From the NCBI GenBank assembly GCA_004022145.1, contig RCNU01000029.1: 61,954 bases of DNA; one strand, 5' to 3'. This document shows, one piece after another, positions 39,601 to 52,200 of this stretch. The notes under the pieces were generated by a model. The model did no database searches. It saw nothing but the letters and a program-made list of their open reading frames with translations, and was not told the origin of the DNA. The first letter of the stretch is position 1; every line of letters starts with the position of its first letter. The position numbers were made by a program, and so were the translations under genes. Source of the DNA: Paecilomyces variotii (Eukaryota).

Positions 39601-41688
39601 AAATGCCCAGATAAATAAGCTAATTAACTAAGTATTACCTAAAGATATCTTAATATCTCTAGATTTACTATAAGAAGAATTTTATAATATTAGCCCTATA
39701 AAGCATAAAGATATTAATAATATTAATTTAATTAGCCTATAATTTATAAAGGAACTAATAAAAGAAATATAATACTCTATATAAGATAAGAAGCTAGTAT
39801 CCTAGCTAAGAGATAAATAAGCTTATAATACTTAAATAGCTTAAATAAAGAAAGCTATAAAGGCTAAAAAGAATAAATAATATAGTATCTTAGCTCTAGT
39901 ACTATAACTTATATAAGCTTATAAAGTTAAAATCTCCTATATTTATAAATAAGTAGTTAAATCTGCGCAGGCTAATAATTAGCAATAAGCTATAGAGATT
40001 TAAATATAGAAGCTTAAAGCTAAGTAGACTTAGTTACTAGTTCTCTATTTTAATAATAAGGATATTAAAGTCTTCTTAAGTAAATAAATATATAATATTA
40101 AGATTAATACTAATAGCTTTTTAAAAAAATATAGAGCTAAATAAGTAGTCTATAATAACTTTTAGTAAACTATTAGATATAAATAATATTATAGCCTAGT
40201 AATAAGCAAGATAGCTATTAAACTATTTTTAACCCTTATTACTATATGCGAGTTATATTAAATTTAATATAATATTATTATAGCTTATTTAAACGCCCTA
40301 TTAAATAATAAGTAAATATATATATATATAATAGCTAATAGAATTTACTATAGGGAAATATTAAGTCTATTTATTTTATTATACCCTATATAGACTGCGG
40401 GAATTTATTAACTTATAAAATATAATATTTATAAATAAACTTCGCAAGATAAGATTTATACTATTAGAAGAAGATCTTTATATCCTTATATTAAATAAGG
40501 AATAATATATTATTATCTATATTAATAATATACTTACAGCAGCATCTATAAAGAAAGATATTAATATCTTTATTATAACTTTAAGCAGTTACTTTAATAT
40601 AAAGATCTTTAATAAACTCTTTAATTTTTTAGGTCGTAAGCTAGATAAAGATTAAATATAGGGAATAATTATTATAAGCTAAGCTAGCTATATATTAGTT
40701 ATTTTAGCTAACTCTAGCTTCTATAATAATAAACTAATAAAAATTTAAGTCCCTATAATATCTATATATAGACTAAAGACTTTAGAAGAACTAGCTAATA
40801 AAGATATTAAAATTAAATATTAAATCTTTATTAGAAAGTTAAGCTGGTTAGCAATTAAAATATAGCTAAACTTAGCTTAAGCTATAAACTGTTTATAATA
40901 AAAGATAAGTAATCTAGATAATAAAGATATTAAAGTAGTAAAATATTTATTATAATATATCTGCTAAGCTTCTAACTATAGTATTAAACTAGGAGTAGAT
41001 CTTAATAGAGGTATTAAAGTTTATATAAATATTAATTATTAAAATAACCCTAATAGAACTTTAATTAAAGCATTTATAATCCTATATAAAGGCGTATTTA
41101 TTAGCTAATCTAATAAGAAATAATAAATAATAGCTCTATTAATAATAATTACCGAATTCTGCGCATTAAATTCTATAGTAAAAGAAGCTATATTTATAAG
41201 AAAGCTAGCTTATACTCTAGGTCTTAAATAGGATCTAGAGATTCTTATACCTATCTAGACTAATATAGTAAATGCCGCGATCTTAGTTAAAAATAGGGAT
41301 TATAAACCTATTACTAAATAGCTAGATAATTATTATTTCTTTATTTAAATTGCAGCAGCTAATAATATAATTAAACTGCAGAAAATTAATAGTAAAATAA
41401 ATCTAATAAACGGCCTAATAAAACTGCTAAATTAGGTTAAATTTAAAGAGTTTTAAGAGCTTATAAAGTTAAAGAAATTAGACGCTAAAGCAATTAAATA
41501 AATTACCTAATTAGATAATTAGACTATCTGCCGGCGTAGTTAAAGGGGATATTTTAGTGCCCCTAGGGGCTTTAGTAGTAGTCGCCCGCGCTAGTAGCTA
41601 GCTTAGTCAGTAAAGTAGTAGCTAGATAGATTAGTTTAGCTCAGCTCCTAGATAGTTCCTTAATTAAGCATCTTTATCAGCTTTAAGA
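36700..41688 (+). mobile_element. Ty1/Copia family A, copy A2, full length, RIPed
   Basis: 137-bp LTRs at 36700-36836 and 41552-41688. Exact 5-bp TSD tctag at 36695-36699 and 41689-41693. Collinear with A1 throughout. Confidence 0.93.
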
Positions 41689-42094
41689 TCTAGGTTTAAA
41701 ATAAATAATCGAGCTAGAATAAAGTATTTAGGTCTATTTTAGCTTAGTAAAGTTTAAATTTATTAAGGAAGCTCTAAGCTATTTATTTTAATTATTACTT
41801 TAACTTATAAAATTATATAGTTATTATCTATAACTAATATTTTAAATTCTTAATATAATTTAATAACTATTATTAAAAATCCTGTTATAAAATTATAGTT
41901 ATAGTAAGAGGTTTATACTTCTAGGCTATTCTATATTTATCTTTAAGTAATATAGCAGTATAGTTTATTATTTTAGTTTAAAATAAGTAAGTATTATAAA
42001 TAAAATATTAATTTATATAATAGCACTAATAATAATAAGTATTTAAATTTATAGCTTAGTATTAATAAGGTTTAAGAAGCTTAGCTATAGTTAT

Positions 42095-42174
42095 TTAACT
42101 AATTATAATTCTTAAATTAGCTACTATTTTTAAATTAACTATAGTTTTTAAATTAGCTACAGTTTCTAGATTAA
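42095..42174. repeat. 18-bp minisatellite, 3-4 degenerate units (taaattagctacagtttt)
   Basis: Units at 42113, 42131 and 42149. The unit length is a multiple of 3, and the minus strand could read ETVADS-like repeats after de-RIP. Confidence 0.6.
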
Positions 42175-43735
42175 GAATTATTTTATTTATTAACTTAATA
42201 AAGGCGGCTAAGTTACTATTTAATATTCCTTTAATTATATTTCTTATAGCTTTAGCTATTATAAAAGCAGCTTACTATAGTAAAGAAGTTATAAAAGTAA
42301 AGGGTTTAAAGTTAATAGTATTTAATTTCTATTAAGCATTAAGTTTTAAGCTAAGTTAAAATTTAAGCTATAGCGCGGGACTTAGGCTATATTTAAATTA
42401 TTCTTTATATTAATCGTTAGCACTACTTCCTGTTATAAATAAGGCTATAGCGAATTACTAAGGCTATAATTTAAGGTTATTAGCAGAATTACCTAGCCGC
42501 GGAAAAAAGATAATAAAATAATTAAATATATATATAATAATTAGATTAGCTAGTTATATAATATAACTATTAAAACTAGGTTATTTAATAACTTAGTAAA
42601 TTAAATAGATAAATAAATAACCCCCTTAGAGAATAAAAGTTAAATAGATTAATAATTTATTTTATTAATTATTAAACTTAACCTTTAAACCTACTACACG
42701 TAAATTACTACTTACTTATATTTTAACCTCTTATCTTATATCTTATTTAGCTAGTTTTAACTAGTTACTTCTTTTAAAGAGCTTTTTAACTTTATCTTTT
42801 TATAGTTATTATAAGGCGTAGGCCTTACTGCCTCTAAAATAATTTTTAAGAACTTTAATTATTAAGCTATATAATTTAATACTAGCTTAATTACGCTTAA
42901 GTATAATTATTATAGTCTTTTTAGCCGAGTAATTAATAGATTTAATTTATATAAAGCTAGCTAAGTCTATAATTATTTCTTAAGTTAAAATATATAAAGC
43001 TATTTTAGTAAATCGATTTATAATAACTAAGATTAAGTTATATTTAATTCTTTATTAAAATAATAGTAATAAGCTAATAATAAAGTTTATTAATATATTT
43101 TACTAAGGTCTCTTTACTATAAGCAGTAAATTTAACTATTTATAGAATTTATATTTAAGAATTTAATTCCTTTTATAGATATTATAGGACTTTATATATT
43201 TTTATATAATTTATCTTATACTTAGCTAATAAAATTTCTACTTAAATAGTTTTTTAGTAATTTTAACTTCTTAATAGCTAGTATATAAATTATTATAATA
43301 AATTTATAGTAATTCTTATTTTAGTAAATATTTATCTAGAATATAAATCTTATCTTATTTTTATAGTAAACTCTTATTATCTATAGTATTATAATATAGC
43401 AGTTAAGACTAGCGTATTAAGGGATATAATTAGCTTAGCAGTTACGTACTATTGTTAAAAGAGTAGTTTAAATATTTCTAATAATATAGCGCGAGAATAA
43501 ACCTCTTAAAAAGAATAATAATAATATTATCTATTATTCTGCTATAATAGTTAAGTCCCTTTAATTTTAAATTATCTCCTACTTCTAGTAATTAGTAATA
43601 GATCTTACTATAGTTAGATTTATTCTTTTTAACTAATTATAAGCCTAGGTTTATAAAACTTAGATTAAAAACTTAGCGGTAAAAAATCTTTATCTTTTAA
43701 ATTAATAAGATTTAAAATAGCAGTAATAAGCTATT

Positions 43736-46700
43736 AGTTAAAAAGAGACGATCTAATTACAGTAAGATTTATCCCTATTAAATCTAGGGGGTAACTTAGG
43801 AGAATAAGTATAAGGGGTAGAACTATAATTAATATTATTTTTTTTATTTTCTTACTATAAACTATCTTAAGATATTTATCTCCTTATTATATAATAAGTT
43901 ATATAATTCCTTATAATACCTATTAGTCCTAACTGCTATTTTATAATACTTTTTCTTAATTTAAACTTACTAGGTTAGTAAGTCTTAATTATTTTAAGAA
44001 CCTTAAGAAGTTTACTTTAAAAAGCGGCTTTATAAAGCTATCTATTATTATATCCCTAGTTCTAATAAATTTTATATTAATCTTATTTCTTTAGTATAGA
44101 TCCCGCATATAATAATATATAATATTAATATATTTTAATCTTTTATAGGTATAAGTATTTCTAATTAATAAGAGTAATACTTAATTATCCTTAAATACTT
44201 TTATTAGAGATCTAATAATAAAGGCTTATTTTTCTTTTATTAAAGGTCTATATTAATTTAAGCTAATATAGTTTTTATAATCTATATCTTTTAAAAATAG
44301 GGCTAATTATTAGAATTATTTTGCAGCTTAATATATAGCTATATATTTAGCTTTTATTATTAAAGTTATAATAAACTTTTATTTTTTATTTAATTAGCTT
44401 ATTAAATAGCTAGCTAGAATAAAAATATTCTTTAAGATTAATATCTAATTAGTCTTATCTATTATATAGTCTAAATCTAAATATTTAATAAGTTACTAGT
44501 CTTAATTTATATTAAACTTAAGACTAAGGTATATAGTTAATTAAAGGTATCTTATTAAGGATTTAAAGGCCTTAAAATATCTTTTAAATAAATTTAATAA
44601 ATATTAACTTAATCTACTAATAATAAATATAATATTAGGCCTTATTAAGATTATTAAATAGATAAGGCTATTAATAATTTATTAATATTCTCTTTAATCT
44701 ATTTTTTTATTTTATAGATTAAATAGCTTTAAATAATTATATTTATTTAATAGAATGCTAACTAAATATACCTTTTCTTTATTTATTTTATATCTTAATA
44801 GGAGTTTTTTAGTATAGTAAGATTAATCTATTATTAGTGTTTTATTCTTCTTATTATAAATAATTTAAATATTAAAAATTTTTTTTATCTTTTTTAAGTT
44901 CTTAATTTTATAAACTGTTCTAAATTATTACTTAAACCAGTTAATATTCTTTATTTATTTTACATTAATTAGAATATTATTAATATATACTAAGATTAAA
45001 ATCTTTTTCTCTAAGTATTATAGTAAGCATAGATTAGTATTAGTTTATATAAAACTTATTTTTTAAAGTATTTTAATATAGGTTTAATTTTAATCCTTTA
45101 TAGCTTACTTTAAGCTATATAAAAATCTAAGGACCTTAAATATTATGCCTAATAAAATATTTATTCTAGATAAAGCTATTATATATATCTTCTCCTTTAA
45201 TATTAATTCTATAAAGGCATTATTAATATTTATAATATAATACTTATAATCTTTTATTATAATAATAGCTAAAAAGACTTATAAGATATTATAATAAAGG
45301 ATAAGAGTAAAAATATATTTAAAATTAATACTATATTTCTAGGTAAATTCTTAAATAATAAGATATATTTTAAGCTTTTAAAAAAGCTATTTAGATTATG
45401 CTCTATAATAAGCATTTATTAGCTAATAATAATATTAGCTCTAGGTAATAGAATAACTACTTTAAAAGAATTATTTACTTAAAGTATATCTATTTTAGCT
45501 TTAAATATACTTTACTATAATTTACTTTAAATAGAATTATTAATTATAATATAATATAAGTTTAAAATTAAAACTTATTTTTTAGCTATATAAGCAGCTA
45601 TTATAATATATAATATTTATTTTATATTCTCCTCCTAGTCTATATTAATACCTAGGCTTAAAAGATTTAATATAAGTATTACCTTATAAAACTTTATTTC
45701 TTATTTATTTTCTATTAGCTTATATTTCTCTCTTTTTTACTTTATTATATAGGGGATTTTTATATAAGATATTACTTATCTGTTTAATTAAGATAGGGAG
45801 TCTATAAATAAATTCTTATAAATATTAGGATTATTATTAGTCTTAGGGAGGGATTTTTTAAAATCTTTCTCCTATTAATTAGTTACTTTAGAGAAGGTTT
45901 TTATAAGATTCCTCTTCTATAATTAGCTAGGCAATTTTATAGATTATAACCTATAAAATCTTAATAAATTAAAATCCTTTTCTTTTAAGAGGCTATATAT
46001 ATTTAATCTAGTTAAAATAGATAATATATTTAATTAAATTATAGATTAATCTCTTAAATTTTTTATTAATATTAAGTTTAATGCTAATTTTTAGGGGATT
46101 TTAAGATTTAATTCTTCTCCTAATTTATCTTTAAAGAATTTAGCTTAATAAGTCTTAATAATCTTTTTTATATCTAGTATCTAGACTCTCTATTATTTAT
46201 TTATTCTCTTAATATATTTTATAAAAATATAGATTTTATCTTAGTTTATTAGCATATTTCTCTTTATTTCTTATAATAAAAAGTCTAGATTTATATATAA
46301 AACTATCTAATATCTCTATATTCTAAGATAATTAATTAATAATTTAACTTTAATAAAGGCTTTTTTTAAAATAATTTAAACCCCTTTAACTATAGGTCTA
46401 TTTAATACTTTATTTTTAATATATATATTAGTTTAGGCTGCCTTTATCTATAATTTAATAAATAGGTTTAAATTTTTAAATATAGCCTTTATTTCTTTTT
46501 TAATAATTTAATATATCTATTTTATAGCCCTATTTTAGGTTAATATATAAGGGATTATTAGTTTATAATAAATGCTAAACTTTTTCCTCTAAATTTTAAA
46601 TATATTTTTAAGTTCTAATATATTATTAGATTTTATACTAAGAATTTTAAGGCCTATTATTATTTTTATCTTTTTTTTATTTATTTAAAATAGGAGTAAT

Positions 46701-48929
46701 ATTAGATTTAGCTCTTATTAAAAATACTTATATTTTTTTTAAGTAATTATTTACAATTATTAAAAAATAGATATATTTATCTCTAGACTTTAGCATTTAG
46801 CTATATATTTTTATATAGATAAGTTTTAGAATATTATCTTTTTATTTACTTATTATATCTTTCTTATTATATCTTTCTTATTTCTAATATTAGCTATAGT
46901 ATAAGTTATATATTAATAATTAATTATTACCTTAATTAATTTTCTTAATATAATTAACTTATATAGATTTCTAACCTTTTTAAATTTAAAATAACTAATT
47001 CTTCTATACTATAATTAGTATTTTTTTTAAGCCTTTAAGCTTAAGCTCTTAAGATCTTTAGAGAAAGCTTTCTTAATATCTTTTTCTTAAGTAATAATTA
47101 TAATATTAAAGGTATCTTTAATTAATAATAGTATTATAAGTATATATAGTAATTTAGATATTTAATCTAAAAAGACCTTTTTAATAATATAAACTCTATA
47201 TTTAATAGTACCTTAAATTATTATATTGTCTAACTTATTTAATATAGATATTATTCTCTTATTAAAATATTTATATAGGTTTAATTACTGGCAAAATATC
47301 TTAATTAATAAGAGGTTTATCTTAAGGTTTAATATAAGCAATATATTCTCTAGGTCTAAAACCTTTTTATCCTAATTTTATAAAATAGCTATCTCTATAT
47401 ATTTTAAATATAGAATCTCTTCGCCTATATAAATATATCTTTATTAAATCTAAATTAATAATTCTCTAAAGTAATAATTTTTATTAGTTATATATAAACT
47501 AGTATTACTATCTATATATTGTTAAAATAAATTCTTACTAGTTATATCTTTAGAAAAATAGGTAATTTTATAAGAAACTTAGTTATTAAAATTAACTAAA
47601 GTTAAAGTCTTTAACTAAGACTAATTTATTCTAGTATTTAAGATTTCTTTTATTTTATATGCTTTTTATTTTCCATCCTTTAATTATTTATTTTTTAAAA
47701 ATTAAATCTCCTTATAGAGTTCTAAGATTATTTTTATTATCTTTTTATTATTAATAAATAAACTATTAAATATTCTCTTTAGAGATTTTTATTTTATTTT
47801 TTATTATCTCTTAAAGCCTTTTAACAATAGATAAAAATAAGTATTTCTTAATATAGTAATCCTTCTTATAAAAATAGTATTTAATAATTATCTGCTTATT
47901 TTATATAAAAAATATATTAGTTAGTTTAGCTTAGAGCTAGGCCTTTATTTCCTTTAAAATAGCTAGAATATCTTCTACCTTTAAAGTTCTTCTATATATT
48001 AATTATTATCTAATAGTAGTATATTCTTTAAGTAATACTAAAAGTAAGTTATTATATCTTAGCTTTAAGTTTAGCTAAAAAAATATTATACTTACTTAAA
48101 TACTATAATTCTCTTTCTTATTTATTATATAATTATCTTTAAGTATTTAAAATTATTTATTTAGAAGTTATTTAAAAATATATATATAATTAAATAAGCT
48201 AGTATCTTTAAGTAAGAAGAGTTTTTTAGTATTTTATTTATAAGGCCTTTTATAATACTTCTATATTAGGGAAATTAATAAATTTATCTTAATTATCTTT
48301 AAATAGGTATTTAGTAATTTAATATTATATAGTTATATTAGTTTTATTATATATAGCTTTATATAGACTTTTATTTAATTTAATAGCTTTCTAGTAATTC
48401 TTATTAATAAGCTATTTCTTTATATAAAAAACTATTTCTTATAGTTTTCTCTTAAAAGGATAAAAATAAGTCTTTTTTTTAAATTATTAATATCTTTTAC
48501 TAATAATATTTTTATAATAAATTAATTTTTTAATTTTTAATAAGTTTTAATCTCTATTAAATTTAATACTTAATTTTAGAATATTAAAGCAGTCTTATTA
48601 TAAATTCTTTTATATAAGAATAACTTATTATTATTACTTTAAATCTTATAGCTTTAAATAAAGAATTTTATATTACTTAATTTCTCCTAAGTTATTATAA
48701 ACCTAGGCTTATAATTAATTAAAAAAAGATAATTTAATTATAGTAAGATTTATCTCTATTAAATCTAGAGAATAACTTAAGAAGATAAGTATAAGGGGTA
48801 GAACTATAATTAATATTATTTTTTTTATTTTCTTACTATAAACTATCTTAAAATATTTATCTTCTTATTATATAATAAGTTACGTAATTCCCTATAATAC
48901 TTACTAGTCCTAACTGCTATTTTATAATA
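43736..48929 (-). mobile_element. Ty1/Copia family B, copy B3, full length (5194 bp), RIPed
   Basis: 213-bp LTRs at 43736-43948 and 48717-48929. Exact TSD ctatt at 43731-43735 and 48930-48934. PBS at 48705-48716 and PPT at 43949-43955. Copia RT and RNase H motifs on the minus strand. Confidence 0.92.
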
Positions 48930-49289
48930 CTATTTTTATATAAGAGAACTTATAGTAAAACTGCTCTAATATTTAAATTATTAAATATTAAACTTAATAG
49001 AGATTAAATCCTATTAAAAGTTAGAGTATTAACTTATTACTATTACTATATTCTTAAAGAATTTAAATAATTTAAAAAGGAGACCTATTCTTACCCTTTT
49101 AAGAGAGAATTATAAGAAGTAATTTATTTATATAAAGAAATAGCTGCTTAGCAAGGACTATTAAAATATTATTAAATTATTTAGAAATTAATATAAGCTA
49201 GTGTTTACTAAGACTAATATAACTATATAATATTAAATTATAAAATATTTATTTAAAGATAATTAAGATTAATTTATAGATACTACTAG

Positions 49290-52200
49290 TATTACGCTCG
49301 AGCAGATTAAATTAGATTTATTAATGCTTTTAATCTAGTAAGGTAGTATAATAAAGAACTTTAAGCTAGAGAAAGAAAAGGAAAAGAATTTAAGAAAGGA
49401 ATCTTAAGTCTTTTATTTATAAGATTCTTTATCTCCTAACTGCTTTTAAATTATATAGGTAATTAGGGGTTTTGCTAATAAATCTCTCGCTCTATTTCCT
49501 TATTAAATTAGCGCTAAGATAGCGCTATAATATTACTCTCTTATTTAGGCTAATTTATCCTTAAATTAATAAGATAATTATTATCTTATTATTTCTTTAG
49601 ATTAATCTCTTTATTAATGCAGTTAATCTAGTAGTTTAAATTAGCTAGCGGCCTAGGTTTATTAAAAAATCTATTATAAAACTTTTAGAGCTTTAATAAT
49701 AAATTCTTAAAATTTTTAATAAGATACTATATTAAATCTTTATTATATCTCTTTTAAGTAGCCTAATATTATAAATATTTATATTTAGTTTAAATAGCTA
49801 AAATCCTATTAATTTCTTATTTTAATTTACCCTAAATTTAAATTAGCAGGGGCTTTTTATAGACTTAATATAAAATAGAATTATTTAGCGCTTATTAGAG
49901 GTAATTTAAAGGAAATATAAGGTAGACTTTTATAATATTAAGGAGCTTTAGCTTTTAAACATTTCTTATCTTTTTAAGGATCTTAAAGAGACCTTTTATT
50001 TAATTACTAAGCTTTTATAAGGGTTAATTAAATATTTAGTTTATAAGTTTAATAAAAACCTTATTATTAATATTAAAGTTAACCTTTTAATAATATTTAT
50101 CTGCCTATTTCTTTTACTATTTCTAGGCTTTCTTAATAAAGGCTTCTATTATCTTCTAGATTTATTAGAGTCTATATCTATTATTAAGCTTTAGCCCAAT
50201 TAGCTTTCTTAGATATTAGGGTTAATTATAGTACTAGTCGCCAGTTAAATAAGATATAGAGCTTATATCTATATTTAACTATAAATAAAAATATCCCTAT
50301 TAATTCTTAGGTTAATACTGCTGCTATAAAATTAATTATTAGAAAATAATCTAATTAATTATTCTAATAATAACTAATATAGAGTTATAGTCTCTAGGCT
50401 ATATATTAGTTTAAAACTTCTATTTATCTATTTATTTAAGAATATATAGCTAAAAAGAGCTTTAATTTTATTTTTAGCAGTAAATAGAATTTATCTTAAA
50501 AGTCTAAAATAAATTATAGTCTTTAATTAAAAATTATTATATTAAGGGCGCTCTTATAATAATATATATACTTAAGAAAGATTTTAGCTATAGTCCTTAC
50601 TATTACTATATTATAATAAGGAATTAAAATAGAGTATTTGCTAAAATAGTTAATTATAATAAATATTATATTATACTTATACTTATTCTTTAGAAAAGAT
50701 TAAAAATCTATTAAGAGATATTATTATAATTATTTAAGGATAAATAGTAATTAAAATAACTTTAATAAAAAGTTTTAGAGATTCTTAGTTTAGCAATAAG
50801 TTAAATAATTATTAATATATTAATTAATAAAACTAATTATTTAGGGCTAGTAATAGTAAGACTTTATTAATTATTATATCTTCTAGTATTTAAAATAGGC
50901 AGTAAAGACTTAATAATAGACTTTATTTAAGAGATATATTTATAAATTCCCTTAATTAAGAATAACTAATTATTTACTATATAATAGAAATCCTTCCTTT
51001 AATTAATATATAAAGCCTTTTTAGCCTATATCTTTATAAAATAGTATTAGTTTAATATTCTTATAATTCTCCCCAAGGATTTTATTTACTAAGGTAAATT
51101 CTCTAGCTAATATTAAAGCTAAGAGAGTCCCCTACTCTATTAACTCCTTTTAAATTTATTTATTTAAGACTTTAGGCTTTAGCAGGTATTAAGTCTAGTA
51201 TTAGTTTATCTATTCTTTTTATTAGGAAATATCTTCTTCTTATTATAATAAGATATTAGCTAAAGTATTTAGCTTCTTAGAGTAATATTAAATTAAAAAA
51301 TAATAATAAGATAAGAACTCTATTTATTAGGCTTATCTTAAATTTAATATTTTAGTAATTATAAAGTATTTAAGAATATAATAATCTGTTAAAATATTAA
51401 ACGGCTTATTTATCTATAAACCTATAAGCTCTGCGCGCTATTCCTTAAGGGCTTATATAATTGCTAAGAGCTCTGCATTATAAATTAAATAATTATACTT
51501 AGCTAGTGCTATTATTTTTAAATAATAAATAACTAAGTATTAAAAATCTTATTTATTTACTTATTAAGCAAGTATAGCAGCTATAATACTATTTAAAGCA
51601 TTTATCTTAATATATATATTCTTATTAAGATTATAATTATATAGAATTAATACTAATTAAAGATATTTCTTTAATATTTTAAAAGCTTTATAATACTTCT
51701 AATTAAAATTAAATAAATAATTCTCCTTAGTTAAGTTTATTATTAGTCTTATAATATAATTATAGTCTTTAATAAACCTCCTATAGAAGTTATAAAAACT
51801 TAAAAATAAATAGACCTTATAGATTATTTTAGGCTGCTCTTAATCTTAAATAATAATAACCTTCTTAAGATTAATTTTAATACCTTTTATACTAATAATA
51901 AAACTAAAATATTTTATCTATTTTATATAAAACTTATATTTCTTAATATTAGCTTATAGACTAGCCTTTTATAGATAAAATAGTATCTTTTTTATTTAAA
52001 GTTAGTGCTTTTACTTATTATTAAAATAAATTAAGATATTATTTAAATAAATATTTATATAGTTATTTAGCAGGTTAAAAAAGAGGTTATTTATATATTA
52101 TTAGAATATAGCCGGTCTATTAATAAGCTTAAAGGGAAATATATAATACTTATAAGTTCTATATTTTATATAAAAGGTTATTAAAGCTTTTAAACTAAAG

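Noticed and set aside
27536-43386. Starship element with a DUF3435 tyrosine-recombinase captain
   Set aside because: I could not recognise recombinase motifs or element boundaries. Left as unassigned.
50400-50540. Apparent internal deletion in the G3 integrase core
   Set aside because: Read in the correct frame it gives a continuous SDRGPQFISDFW...HPQTDGQTE.
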